The position numbers and the translations under genes are program-made. The notes under the pieces were generated by a model that worked only from the letters and a program-made list of their open reading frames with translations, made no database searches and was not told the origin of the DNA. Below, piece after piece: positions 1-11,652 of a stretch of DNA of 64,000 nt. Numbering within the stretch: the stretch's first letter is position 1; every line of letters starts with the position of its first letter. The DNA comes from an uncultured cyanobacterium (lineage in GTDB: Bacteria > Cyanobacteriota > Cyanobacteriia > Cyanobacteriales > Nostocaceae), in assembly GCA_963706595.1 (NCBI GenBank), contig OY970166.1:2592001-2656000 (forward strand), written 5' to 3'.

Positions 1-586
1 TTTCTGGGAAGCAGCCACAACAGGCGCACCAATTCTTAGACCATTACTATATCATTTCCCTAACGATCCTCAAACTTACAGCCTCTACGATCAAGTTTTA
101 CTGGGTGCGTCGCTGATGGCTGCACCAATTTACCGCCCTGGAGTTGAGCATCGCTGTGTTTACTTACCTGAAGGGATTTGGTATGACTGGTGGTCTGGTG
201 AACGTTACGCAGGACCCACCCACATCGTCGCTCATGCACCACTAGAAAAAATGCCTCTTTATGTCCGTAGTGGTGCGATTATTCCCATGCAACCTGTAAC
301 TCAATATGTTGATGCAGTACCACTGGAATACATCAGGTTACGAGTTTGGCCAGGTAATGGGAGATATACTTTTTTTGAAGATGATGGACATACCTTTGAG
401 TATGAAAATCAAAATTTTTCCTTGATAAACATACGTATATATACACAAGATTCCCAAACAACCGTGGAAATTGGCGATCGAGAAGGAAAATGGACACCGA
501 CATCCAGGGAAGTAATTGTAGAACTTGTTGGTGTTGGCGAGCAGCGCTTCCCAGATGATGGTCGGGGACGGACCCTGAAATTTTAA
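1..586 (+). CDS. Glycoside hydrolase family 31 (alpha-glucosidase-like), C-terminal part; 5' end outside window
   Basis: Frame open from base 2 (FWEAATTGAPILRPLLYHFPND...LLGASLMAAP); VYLPEGIWYDWW, PLYVRSGAIIP and EDDG motifs typical of the GH31 C-terminus. Confidence 0.85.
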   Translation, partial: FWEAATTGAPILRPLLYHFPNDPQTYSLYDQVLLGASLMAAPIYRPGVEHRCVYLPEGIWYDWWSGERYAGPTHIVAHAPLEKMPLYVRSGAIIPMQPVTQYVDAVPLEYIRLRVWPGNGRYTFFEDDGHTFEYENQNFSLINIRIYTQDSQTTVEIGDREGKWTPTSREVIVELVGVGEQRFPDDGRGRTLKF

Positions 587-764
587 AATTATGTTTAAAG
601 ATAGATGTTTTTGTGTCCATTATTCTTTAATCTAGATTTTAGAATGAAAAAATATGTATATAGGTAGAGAAAAAATTGCTAAATAGCGGGTAGCCTAAGT
701 AACTTATAGTTATCTAATTTTTAGTTTTTGAGAAATACTACACATTACTACGCTAGACAGTTGG

Positions 765-3700
765 GTGGTAAAAACTTCAATGTTAGAGATCAACCGTTTG
801 CAACTGCAAGGTTTACATAGATTACGAGTGGCGAAAGTTGCAAGTACCATAGTGGTATTAGTCGGTATTTTGGTGCTGTTTGGCTGGTTTTTCGACCTGC
901 AATTGATCAAGAGGTTTGGCGACACCAGTTTAGTGGCAATGAAGCCCAATGCAGCTTTATGCTTTTTACTATCTGGTGCATCTTTGTGGATGTTGCTGAG
1001 GGGACACAGTAACAAGAGTCGTTCCACTATTGCTTACTTACGCTGCTCTAGGATTTGTGCAGCAGCAGTTGCTTTGATTGGTTTACTGACAATCAGTCAA
1101 TATTGGTTCGGCTGGAATTTGGGCATTGACGAGTTACTATTCCAGGATAAACCGGATGCTTTATTTACATCCCATCCAGGGCGCATGGGGTTTAATACTG
1201 CCTTAAACTTTATCTTGGTGGGTATATCTTTAGAAATTTTGGCGCATCCAAAAAATCGCCGTAGTTATTGGTATGTGCAAGTTTTTGCCCTGATTACTGC
1301 TTTGATTTCTTTACAGGTACTCATTGGCTATGCCTATAAAGTCCAAATTTTCTCCCGTATTGCCTCATATACAACATCAATGGCATTACATACGGGAATC
1401 ACCTTTACTGTCCTGAGTGTAGGCATTCTGTGGGCGCGTCCAGATCAGGGATTAATGCAAGTAGTCATAAGTGATACCTACGGCGGCTTAATTGCGCGTC
1501 GTTTGTTGCTGGTCGCGATCGCCATACCATTAATTTTAGGCTGGTTAATCCTCCAAGGTCAATTAGCCGGACAATACGGTTCAGCTTTTGCTCTATCGCT
1601 GTTTGCGATCATCTTAATTATAATTTTTACCATTTTTATTTGGCAAAGTTCAGCCGTGATTTCTCGCCTGTGTCGTCAACATGATGAGGCGCAAAAAAAA
1701 CTCAGGGCTTATGAAGAAAAACTCAGAAGCTTTGTAGATGCTAACGTGATTGGGATTAAGTTTGGTGATGTGTATGGGGGTATTCACGAAGCCAACGAAG
1801 CATTTCTAGAGATGATTGGCTACACGCGTGAGGATCTGTTAACAGGCAAGTTAAATTGGCGAAATATCACACCACCAGAGCATATATACTTAGATAAGCA
1901 AGGAATCGCCGAAGCCCAAGGAAATCCTAACGGTGCTTGTACTCCTTATGAGAAAGAATACATTCACAAAGATGGTAGGCGAATTCCAGTTTTAGTTGGT
2001 TACGTATTGGTAGGCGAAAACCGCGAAGAATCAGTGGTGTTTATTCTCGACTTAAGCGAACGCAAGGCAGCAAAGCAACAAATATTACAACTAAACAAAG
2101 ATTTACAACGTCGGATTGCGGAATTACAAACTTTATTTCAAGTCATCCCCATTGGGATTGGTATTGCTGAAGATGCGGAGTGCAAAACTATTAGAGCTAA
2201 CCCCTGTTTGGCTCAACAATTGGGGGTATCACCAGATGATAATGCCTCTATGAGCGCTCCTGGTGCAGAAAAACCGACAAATTTTAAAGTCTACAGCGAG
2301 GGGAGAGAACTATTACCAGAAGAACTACCCATGCAGTACTCTGCTGCTCATGGAGTCGAAATGCTTAATTGTGAACTGGATATTGTTCATGAAAATGGCA
2401 AAGTTGTGAAGTTGCTAGAACACGTCGCCCCGTTGTTTGATGAAGATGGTGACAGCAGAGGTAGCGTTGGTGCATTTTTGGATATTACGGAACGTAAGCA
2501 GGTAGAAGAAACCATCCAAAATCAGCAGAAATGGCTGGAAGATGTCTTAAACATGATGCCTCTACCATTACTGTTTATTGAACCAAAAACGGGGCGGGTA
2601 ATCTTTGCTAATCGAGCCTGCTGATCAATTAGCTGGAGGTGAGTTTCCCAAAGATGTCCCAGTGGAAGAGTATAGCAACTTTTACCATTGCACAGATGTG
2701 GACGGAAATCGCATCCCTAACGAGGAAATGCCTGGGGTAAGACTTGCCCGTGGGGAACGTTTAGATGGATTGGAGGTAGACTGGTACACGAATGGATCTG
2801 TGCGCTCTATATTAGTATTTGCTGATACTCTACCAGCAATGCACGGTCATCCAGCTACCTGTGTATCAGCTTTCCAAGACATTACCAATCTCAAGGAAAT
2901 AGAAAAAGCTAGAACATTAAATTATAAAAGGTTACAGCTGCTATTTAACACAGCCAGCGATTTATTATCCAGTCAGCAGCCAGTAGCACTGATTCACAGC
3001 TTCTATCAAAAACTGGCCGAACAGATTGGTTTGGATGTTTATTTTAACTATTTAGTTGAGGACAACTCTCAGGTAATGCGCCTAGCATCCTTTACAGGCG
3101 TTTCTGAGGAGACCGCGAAAGAATATGAATGTCTGAAGTTTGGTCAATCAGTGTGCGGGACTGTAGCCGCAGAACGCCATCCGATTTATCTAGAAAATGT
3201 TCAGGAATTAACTGATCCCAAAACCGCCTTAATTCGGAGTTTAGGAATTACAGCTTCTTATAGTTACCCATTAATAGCTCAGGATCGGCTTTTGGGTACT
3301 ATTTGTTTTGGTAGCCGCAGTTGCTCTCAATTCAGTGAAAATCAAAGAGGGATGATGCAAGCTGTATGTGATCAAATTGCGATCGCAATGGAAAGAGCGA
3401 GTTTAATTACTTCTTTGCAGCAGCAAACTGAGCAACTGCGAGAAGCTAACCGGATGAAGGATGAATTTCTAGCGATATTATCTCATGAGTTGCGATCGCC
3501 TCTGAATGCTATTCTCGGCTGGGCGCAATTATTGCGATCCTCGCGCAAACTCAGCGATATTCAAATAGCCAAGGCGATGGAAACTATTGAACGCAATGCG
3601 AGGATGCAAACTCAGCTAGTAGAAGACTTGCTAGATATCTCCCGGATGATTAGAGGTAACTTACATCTCAATGTTTGTACTTGCGATTTGGTTCCTTTAA

Positions 3701-4650
3701 TTGAGTCAGCCATTGAGACAGTTCACCTAGCCGCCCAAGCCAAAGAAATTGATTTGAGCATTTCCCTAATTCCCTTCCCAGAAATGCAGCAGAATCCTTC
3801 GAGATTTTTAGTTGCTGGTGATATTGAGCGTTTACAACAAATCATCTGGAATTTATTGTCTAATGCGATTAAATTTACACCTACAGGCGGTAATGTAGAA
3901 ATTAGACTTTCTGTGAGCATTGATGATAGTCAAGAATTATCAAAAACAACGACTAGCTATGCTCAGATTCAAGTCATTGATACAGGTATTGGGATCAAGC
4001 CAGAATTTCTGCCTTATGTTTTTGACCGCTTTCGTCAAGCCGATAGTTCCAGTACAAGGTCTTATGGCGGACTAGGATTAGGTTTAGCAATTGTCCGTCA
4101 TTTAGTCGAATTGCATGGTGGTGCTATCTCTGTCGATAGTCGGGGTGAAGAGCAAGGCGCAACCTTTACCGTTAAGTTACCACTGTTGTTACAAAGTCAG
4201 GCAGTGATTCCAGATTCAGTTCATAGGAACAACGCAGATTTTGCTGATCCGTCCCCGGTTCCCTCTCTTTTAGGTGTGCGGGTGCTGGTGGTCGATGACG
4301 AAATGGACACTCGTGATTTTATCACTACGGTACTGCAAGAGTGCCAAGCCGAAGTTAAAGCGGTGTCATCGGTTCAAGAGGCATTAAAGGTGATTGTAGA
4401 CTGGAAACCGGATGTTTTAGTCAGTGATATTGCCATGCCGGGAGAGGATGGTTATTCGTTAATCCGGAAAGTGCGATCGCAACCACCAGAGCAAGGCGGT
4501 AAAATTCCCGCCGCAGCCCTAACAGCGTATGCTAGAGCCGAAGACCGCACAAGAGCTATCCAAGAAGGATATCAGTTACACTTACCTAAACCCATTGAGC
4601 CGGCTGAGTTAGCTACAGTAGTAGCGAGTCTTGTAATTCGTAATTCGTAA
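765..4650 (+). CDS. Membrane hybrid sensor histidine kinase (TM, PAS, GAF, HisKA, HATPase, REC), split by a +1 frameshift near 2620
   Basis: ORFs 765-2624 and 2605-4650 join as ...FANRA/ADQL if one base is removed from gcctgctgat; H-box LSHELRSPL, N-box NLLSNAIKFT, G boxes, REC with DIAMP. Confidence 0.85.
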
Positions 4651-4659
4651 TTCGTAATC
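4634..4659 (+). repeat. TAATTCG heptamer array (about 3.5 units) that supplies the kinase stop codon
   Basis: taattcg taattcg taattcg taatc. Confidence 0.85.
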
Positions 4660-4675
4660 ATATAAGCTATATCAT

Positions 4676-4720
4676 AGCCCCCTCCTCGCTTGCGGGGAGG
4701 GGGTTGGGGGTGGGGTTCTT
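4676..4720 (+). repeat. Dispersed REP/SDR-like repeat, copy 1
   Basis: agccccctcctcgcttgcggggagggggttgggggtggggttctt; inverted copy at 7415-7456, direct copy at 51851-51887. Confidence 0.9.
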
Positions 4721-4785
4721 GTTCCTCACTCAACTAGAAAACGCTATATTGCAGTCTTATCAGCTTGTGCTGGGAGAAGTATTAT

Positions 4786-7416
4786 ATGTCCTTTGTACCG
4801 TTACATATTCATAGTGATTACAGTTTACTCGATGGAGCCAGTCAGTTACCGGAATTGGTAGATCATGCCATATCTTTGGGGATGAAGGCGATCGCACTCA
4901 CCGATCACGGTGTCATGTATGGTGCGGTAGAATTAATTAAAATTTGCCGTAGTAAGAGTATTAAGCCAATTATTGGCAACGAAATGTATATTATTAACGG
5001 CGATTTCACTAAACAAGAACGTCGTCCGAAATATCATCAAGTTGTTTTAGCTAAAAATACTAAAGGTTATAAAAACTTAGTTAAACTTACTACAATTTCC
5101 CACCTCGAAGGTGTGCAAGGTAAAGGAATTTTTTCGCGTCCTTGTATTAATAAAGATTTACTCAAACAATATCGGGAAGGCTTAATAGTCACCAGTGCTT
5201 GTTTAGGTGGAGAAATTCCCCAAGCCATCCTCAGTAATCGACCAGATGCGGCGCGGAAAATTGCCAAATGGTATAAAGAAATCTTTGGTGATGATTATTA
5301 TTTAGAAATTCAAGACCACGGTTCCCAAGAAGACCGCATTGTTAACGTTGAAATTGTTAAAATTGCGCGGGAATTAAATATTAAATTTATTGCTACCAAC
5401 GACTCTCATTTTATCTCTTGTTTTGATGTCGAAGCCCATGACGCTTTGCTATGTATTCAAACTGGACAGCTAATTAGTGAAGATAAACGGATGCGTTATA
5501 GCGGCACAGAATATCTCAAATCTGCCGATGAGATGAAGCAGCTATTTCGTGACCATTTACCAGATGATATCATTGCCGAGGCGATCGCCACCACCGAAGA
5601 AGTAGCCGATAAGGTGGGAGTTTACGATATTATGGGTGATCCTCAGATTCCCACACCAGCGATACCTTCCGGTCATACTCCTGACACTTACGCTGAAGAA
5701 GTAGCTTGGAACGGATTATTAGAAAGATTAAATCGCAAATCCCGCAGCGAAGTAGATCCAGTCTATAAAGACAGATTAGAATATGAATTAAAAATGCTGC
5801 AAACAATGGGTTTTTCTACATACTTTTTAGTCGTGTGGGATTACATCAAATTTGCCAGAGATAATAATATTCCTGTTGGTCCTGGACGTGGTTCTGCGGC
5901 TGGTTCATTGGTTGCGTATGCCATGAAAATTACCAACATTGACCCAGTGCATCATGGCTTACTATTCGAGCGATTCTTGAATCCAGAACGTAAATCAATG
6001 CCTGATATTGATACAGATTTCTGCATTGAAAAACGCGATAAAGTGATTGAATATGTAACAGAAAAATACGGTAAAGATAGAGTTGCTCAAATCATTACAT
6101 TTAACCGATTAACTTCCAAAGCCGTGTTAAAAGATGTCGCCAGAGTCTTGAATATTCCTTATGGGGAATCAGACAAAATGGCGAAATTAATTCCAGTAGT
6201 GCGGGGTAAACCCACCAAACTGAAAGTGATGATTTCGGATAAAACCCCAGCCCCGGAATTTAAAGAAAGATATGATAATAATGCTCATGTGCGCCATTGG
6301 CTGGATATGGCCATCCGCATTGAAGGAACCAACAAAACCTTTGGTGTCCACGCAGCCGGCGTAGTCATATCTGCTGACCCCTTAGATGAAATTGTCCCCC
6401 TTCAGAGGAACAATGACGGCTCAGTAATTACCCAGTATTTCATGGAAGACTTGGAATCAATGGGTTTGTTAAAAATGGATTTTCTGGGGTTACGTAACCT
6501 GACCCTAATTCAAAGGACAGTTGATTTAATTGAACAAACCAGTGGCTTTCGTATTGACCCCGATAACATTACAGGTGATGAAAGAAAAGCCCAAAAAATC
6601 TTAGCCAAAGGTGAACATAGCAACCTACCCAAAGATGTCAAAAAATCCTACGAACTTTTAGAATCTGGGGATTTAGAAGGAATATTTCAATTAGAATCTT
6701 CGGGAATGCGTCAGATAGTCCGAGATTTGAAACCTTCTAATATTGAAGATATTTCTTCGATTTTGGCACTATATCGACCAGGACCTTTAGATGCGGGATT
6801 AATTCCCAAGTTTATTAACCGCAAACACGGACGGGAAGCAATTGATTATCAAAGTGCTATTTTAGAACCGATATTAAATGAAACCTATGGAATCATGGTT
6901 TATCAAGAGCAAATCATGAAAATTGCTCAAGATATGGCCGGATATACTTTAGGACAAGCCGACTTGTTGCGCCGCGCCATGGGTAAGAAAAAAGTTTCTG
7001 AGATGCAGAAACAGCGAGAAAAATTTGTTGATGGTGCGGCAAAGAATGGAGTTAAAAAACAAGTAGCCGATGAATTATTTGAGCAAATGTTGAAGTTTGC
7101 CGAATATTGTTTAAGCTATGATACAGAAATTTTAACAGTAGAATATGGCTTGATGCCCATTGGTGAAATTGTCGAAAAAGCCATTGAATGTAGTGTGTAC
7201 AGTGTTGATAATAATGGTAATGTTTACACTCAACCCATTGCACAATGGCACAATCGCGGACTACAAGAAGTATTTGAATATAGTCTAGAAGATGGTTCAA
7301 CTATTCGCGCCACAAAAGACCATAAATTTATGACCACTGACGGGCAAATGTTACCAATTGATGAAATTTTCGCCCAGGAATTAGATTTGCTGCAAGTGCA
7401 TGGTTTACCGAAGTAA
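4786..7416 (+). CDS. dnaE: DNA polymerase III alpha subunit, N-terminal half with split intein (DnaE-N)
   Basis: PHP motif [30 protein letters not shown]; ends [18 protein letters not shown] followed by the intein N fragment. Confidence 0.98.
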   Translation: MSFVPLHIHSDYSLLDGASQLPELVDHAISLGMKAIALTDHGVMYGAVELIKICRSKSIKPIIGNEMYIINGDFTKQERRPKYHQVVLAKNTKGYKNLVKLTTISHLEGVQGKGIFSRPCINKDLLKQYREGLIVTSACLGGEIPQAILSNRPDAARKIAKWYKEIFGDDYYLEIQDHGSQEDRIVNVEIVKIARELNIKFIATNDSHFISCFDVEAHDALLCIQTGQLISEDKRMRYSGTEYLKSADEMKQLFRDHLPDDIIAEAIATTEEVADKVGVYDIMGDPQIPTPAIPSGHTPDTYAEEVAWNGLLERLNRKSRSEVDPVYKDRLEYELKMLQTMGFSTYFLVVWDYIKFARDNNIPVGPGRGSAAGSLVAYAMKITNIDPVHHGLLFERFLNPERKSMPDIDTDFCIEKRDKVIEYVTEKYGKDRVAQIITFNRLTSKAVLKDVARVLNIPYGESDKMAKLIPVVRGKPTKLKVMISDKTPAPEFKERYDNNAHVRHWLDMAIRIEGTNKTFGVHAAGVVISADPLDEIVPLQRNNDGSVITQYFMEDLESMGLLKMDFLGLRNLTLIQRTVDLIEQTSGFRIDPDNITGDERKAQKILAKGEHSNLPKDVKKSYELLESGDLEGIFQLESSGMRQIVRDLKPSNIEDISSILALYRPGPLDAGLIPKFINRKHGREAIDYQSAILEPILNETYGIMVYQEQIMKIAQDMAGYTLGQADLLRRAMGKKKVSEMQKQREKFVDGAAKNGVKKQVADELFEQMLKFAEYCLSYDTEILTVEYGLMPIGEIVEKAIECSVYSVDNNGNVYTQPIAQWHNRGLQEVFEYSLEDGSTIRATKDHKFMTTDGQMLPIDEIFAQELDLLQVHGLPK
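7108..7413 (+). other. DnaE split intein N-fragment (102 aa)
   Basis: Starts [14 protein letters not shown], block [12 protein letters not shown], then stops with no C-terminal splice motif. Confidence 0.97.
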
Positions 7417-7456
7417 GAACCCCACCCCAACCCCTCCCCGCAAGCGAGGAGGGGCT
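7415..7456 (-). repeat. Dispersed REP/SDR-like repeat, inverted copy directly after the dnaE-N stop
   Basis: Reverse complement matches 4676-4720 except for homopolymer lengths. Confidence 0.9.
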
Positions 7457-7544
7457 TTGTAGGTAGTAAGGACTTTAGTCCTCTCCCTCTCCTATCAGAA
7501 ACCCTACACAAACGAATAAAAAAGGGCTAAATTCATATCTTGTA

Positions 7545-7972
7545 CCAGGCGACTAGAAGTCGCGCCTACACAGACGAAACCCGCACTTCGACACGCTCAG
7601 TGACCACCTACGCGGGTTAAACTCAAACTCTTATAACTCTGTGTCCTCTGTGTCTCTGTGGTTCGTTTATAAGGAGAACTGGAAAAATGACCCTTACTTT
7701 TAATCCAGATAAATACAAGAAATTATTAACAGCTTATCTTCCCAAGCTTATCAAGACTGAAGCAGAAAATCAATACCTTGGTCTGGAACCATGCCAGTGA
7801 ATTAACTGAAGAAAGCTAAACTCTATTGTATATCAAAAAAGTTCAATTAAGCACTTCTTCCTTCTCTTTCTTCCTTGGCGTACTTGGCGTACTTGGTGGT
7901 TCGTTAAAAAAAAGAATTTGAGACTGTAACCAACATAAAGATCCCCGACTTCTTGCAAGAAGTCGGGAATCT
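7545..7972. repeat. Cluster of short palindromic and tandem repeats
   Basis: gcgactagaagtcgc hairpin; cccgc...gcggg hairpin with a nested cttcgacacgctcagtg insert; ctctgtgt repeats; cttggcgta repeats; near-perfect palindrome 7939-7972. Confidence 0.75.
7668..7800 (+). pseudogene. Relic of a higB/higA toxin-antitoxin junction
   Basis: YKENWKNDPYF* (7668-7703) overlaps MTLTFNPDKYKKLLTAYLPKLIKTEAEN (from 7687), resembling cyanobacterial HigB C-terminus and HigA N-terminus; second ORF stops after 37 aa. Confidence 0.65.
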
Positions 7973-8081
7973 GAGTTTCTCGTGAACATTCAATAATTAT
8001 TCTTCTGTAATGTTAACTTCAAAGCTGCCAATATCCAAGAGGCGATAATGCTTAATGGCACGTTAACAGGAGAATACAATC

Positions 8082-8943
8082 TTGGAGACAAAATTACTGA
8101 TTTCCCCCCAAGAACTCACATCTTTGTTAGCAGAAGAAACATCACAAATTGCCATTATTGATACCCGCAGTTCTGAAGAATATGTTAAATCCCATCTTCC
8201 TGGTGCTATCAATATCCGAGAATTATTTACTTACCTTTTAGAAAACTCACAACCTGACGGATTAAAGAAATTATCCGATCATTTTTCTGAACTGTTAAGC
8301 AAAGCCGGAATTTCTGGTGCAGAAAATTGATTGTCTATGAAGATACTTTAAATCAGGGTTATGGACAATCTTGTAGAGCGGCTTTTTTGCTGAAGTATTT
8401 AGGTTGTACTCAAGTATCTGTGCTGCACGGGGGCTATAAAGCCTGGGTGAAGACTGGATTACCTACCACTCAAGGAGAAGTACCTATTCGCAAAAGTAAA
8501 GTGTTTACAGCGCATCCTGACCCGGCAATCATGGTGACTACACAGGAGATGTTACAGGCTACTGGATGACCCGACAATTATAAAATTAGATGTGCGCGAT
8601 CGCAATGAATGGCAAGGACTAAGTTCTTCTCCCTACAGTCCTGATTTTTGTCCTCGCAAAGGCAGAATCCCGAATGCTGTATGGTTGGAATGGCATCGTT
8701 TAATGAATTGCGATTCCGAAATCCCCAATGTTTCGCTCACCAGAAGAAATCTTAGAAATTTGTCAATCTGTGGGTATTACTTCCAATTCAAAAGTGTATA
8801 TTTACTGCTTTAAAGGTTCCAGGGCTGCTAATACAATGATTGCTTTACAACAAGCAGGTATTTATAGCAGAAATTATTTTGGTTCTTGGAATGAATGGTC
8901 TCGCGATTTCTCTCTCCCAATTGATGACAGAATCATCTCATAA
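8082..8943 (+). pseudogene. Tandem-domain rhodanese/sulfurtransferase in four fragments (three frameshifts; possibly sequencing error)
   Basis: IIDTRS...HLPGAINI, VLHGGYKAW, GRIPNAVWLEW, active-site loop YCFKGSRA, YFGSWNEWS; frameshifts near 8325, 8560, 8727. Confidence 0.85.
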
Positions 8944-9011
8944 TATAAATCTTGTGGGTGAGGGCAAAGATGCCCGCCCTTGCTTTCAGTAATTATACAT
9001 ATACAGTCGAA

Positions 9012-9389
9012 TCACTTTTGCTCTTCCAGTGTTTTGGCTGGTATTTCAATTGCTTTAATGTCAATTGTCCCGTCTGGTGTGAAGCGCTGAAAATGACCTT
9101 GTTTGACTGATAATTGCTCTCCACAATTAGGACACTGCAACTGAGTGTTATTCAAGCCTGTAAATTCATAATTGCAGACAGGACACTGATCATTAACTAA
9201 ATTGCGTTGTAGCCACCAGCGAAACCCGAAGAAGGCGACAATGGGTGTCAAGAACAGCAAACCAAAGATAATTAACAACGAATTCACCAACCACCCTAAG
9301 CCTACTGATGCTAGCAACCAGAAAACTGCCAACACAGTGAACCAAGGGCGTAGATTTTCAAGACTCAATTGCAAAGATTTAAGGCTCAT
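9012..9389 (-). CDS. Hypothetical membrane protein with zinc ribbon
   Basis: Hydrophobic N-terminus; CPVC...CPNCG. Confidence 0.75.
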   Translation of the reverse strand: MSLKSLQLSLENLRPWFTVLAVFWLLASVGLGWLVNSLLIIFGLLFLTPIVAFFGFRWWLQRNLVNDQCPVCNYEFTGLNNTQLQCPNCGEQLSVKQGHFQRFTPDGTIDIKAIEIPAKTLEEQK

Positions 9390-9511
9390 TTTTTAAATTA
9401 TTGTCTTGCTCTTCCTCTAGGATAGCGAGTTTAAGGGAGAGTCAAAAGCCCACAGTCAACTCCTAAAAGTCAAGAAATATTAATTAAGTCTTGGGACTAT
9501 GGGCTGACGAC

Positions 9512-10675
9512 TCAGGATAAAAGCAGTTCTTGGAGACGCTGTTGAAAGGCTTCTATACCAAAAAGAGCGATCGCCTGTTCTCTTAACCATTCCCCATGAC
9601 AACGCTGATCGTCACCTTGCAAAATTTCCAGACAAGCTGTTGCTACCGCCTCTGGGTCGCGGTGGGGGACTCGCCACCCCAATTTACCATCCTGCAACGG
9701 ATCAGCCGAGCCATCGTCATCACCGGATAGCACTGGGACACCGCAAGTCATGGCTTCTAGATAAACAATCCCAAAGCCTTCTTGAGATGGCATAATATAG
9801 GCATCAGCAAGACGATAGTGGGCTATTAACTCTTCTGTCGGCACAAAACCCGCAAACACGACGCGATCGCTCACGCCTAAATCTTCTGCTAGCTGGGCTA
9901 ATCGCGGTTGGTCATCGCCCCGACCAATGACTAAATATTTGACTTCCGGGAAAACTGCTGCGATTTGGGGTAGGGCGCGAATCGTGACATCTACACCTTT
10001 GTAAATATCTCCTGACCACAGTCGCGCCACGGTCATTAATACTTTAGTACCACCTAAGCCATACTGCTCAATCAATTCTGGCTGTTTGGAACCAGGAGTA
10101 AATTGCTCGCCATCAATGGCACAAGGTAGCATCTTAATTTTATCAGGATTTAGACCATTGGCAGCACAAGCGCGATCGCGGCTGTAGCGGCTAATTGTCC
10201 AAATGGCATTTGCTGAGGCTAAAGCGTTTCTTTCACTGTTTTTTAGCGGTTCCCAAACTTCTTTGCCGTAAGTGAGGACTGTGTAGGGAATACCCAACGG
10301 CTGGCATAGGGTTTTAATGAGTAAAGCGAGGTTAATATGACCACAATAAACGTGCTGAGGGCGTTTTTGTAAAAGAAACTTCAGCAAAGCCCCTGCCATT
10401 TTCAGCCTCCCGATTTGAGGCGACTTATTTTGAAAGTAATGAAATTTTAAACTATCGGACTCTAACGGATTTGAGTTCTCAACACTGTCCCGCAACAAAA
10501 AAACTTCTGCTTTACAGCCAGCATGGAATCCCGCATAAGCACGAAAAATATCCTTAACATAAGATTGAATCCCACCTTCGCGGGCAAAAATCTCTAGAAA
10601 CACAAACAGATGATGAGCTTGTTTGTTAAGTTTCTGCTCTAAATTTGGCTTTTCTTCAACTATATCAATCCGCAT
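9512..10675 (-). CDS. Glycosyltransferase family 4
   Basis: GGIQSY, YKGVD, EGFGIVYLEAM motifs. Confidence 0.92.
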   Translation of the reverse strand: MRIDIVEEKPNLEQKLNKQAHHLFVFLEIFAREGGIQSYVKDIFRAYAGFHAGCKAEVFLLRDSVENSNPLESDSLKFHYFQNKSPQIGRLKMAGALLKFLLQKRPQHVYCGHINLALLIKTLCQPLGIPYTVLTYGKEVWEPLKNSERNALASANAIWTISRYSRDRACAANGLNPDKIKMLPCAIDGEQFTPGSKQPELIEQYGLGGTKVLMTVARLWSGDIYKGVDVTIRALPQIAAVFPEVKYLVIGRGDDQPRLAQLAEDLGVSDRVVFAGFVPTEELIAHYRLADAYIMPSQEGFGIVYLEAMTCGVPVLSGDDDGSADPLQDGKLGWRVPHRDPEAVATACLEILQGDDQRCHGEWLREQAIALFGIEAFQQRLQELLLS

Positions 10676-10733
10676 TTAAATTCCAGTCAGTTACGGGAAA
10701 AATCAACGAAAATTCACTAACTTTATGACTAAA

Positions 10734-11171
10734 CTAATCTTCTTTAGCATATTTGAGGATCAGTAAACAATTTTTACCATCTGTACTGCGTTCGTAAACA
10801 ACATGGTCAGCCAATCGTCGCAGGAGAAACCAGCCATATCCCCCCACTTGCAGAGTACCTGGCTGTGGTTCGGCGATCGCATCGGGATTAAAGGGTTTAC
10901 CTTGATCCCAAATTCTCACCTCCAGTCTGTCAACCCACAGACTAACTTCAATCTCTATGGTCGTTTCTGGCGGTAAAGCACCATGAGCGTGACGAACTGC
11001 GTTGGTAAAACCCTCAGCTAATGCTAAATTGAGGCGATAAAGTTGGCTTTCTGACCAGCCAAATTGAGACAAATATTTTAAACAGAATTGCTCAAACCAT
11101 TGTTGTACGTTGTTCAGGAGCTTTAGTTCGCTCTTCACCGCCAGATGGTCTTGCTGCATGATGGTAAGCAT
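10734..11171 (-). CDS. Anti-sigma regulatory factor / RsbW-like ATP-binding protein
   Basis: LAEGFTNAVRHAH, WDQGKPF, GGYGWFLL (HATPase_c_2); start taken at ATG 11171. Confidence 0.88.
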   Translation of the reverse strand: MLTIMQQDHLAVKSELKLLNNVQQWFEQFCLKYLSQFGWSESQLYRLNLALAEGFTNAVRHAHGALPPETTIEIEVSLWVDRLEVRIWDQGKPFNPDAIAEPQPGTLQVGGYGWFLLRRLADHVVYERSTDGKNCLLILKYAKED

Positions 11172-11652
11172 TGACCGTGACTTGAATAAAAGTTTAGTAA
11201 AAAATGCCTGTACTTGTAGCTTTTTAGAGACTTTTGAGTGGGAAATGTATTTTCTATCCCACACTAAGAAGCCTAAATTCTACTCTGATTACTAAAATTG
11301 ACACCTGTAGGTTTCCAAATTACATCTGCCAAAAGTAGGAGCGACTTTCAAAGAAGAGGCAGGGGGAAGTGGGCTTTCTAGCAGGGAGAAATGACTCCTT
11401 CCTCCTGCCGTGAAGCGGAGCGGAACATGGGTCTTAGTCCCCCACTTCTACAAAGTGGTTCTCGTCCTGGTGGGGTCGAATCCCCATCTAGACTTTCCCC
11501 CCCTGCTCCCTGCTCCCTTGCCTCTTTTTCAAAGCACACTTCAGTGGTGATTGCTTGGTGCAGTTTTTAGCAAATTAGCTTTCTGCAATCAACTGCTAAA
11601 TTTGGGAAATGATCTGGAAACTACAGGTGTCAAAGGCTATTTGCTGTTTAGC

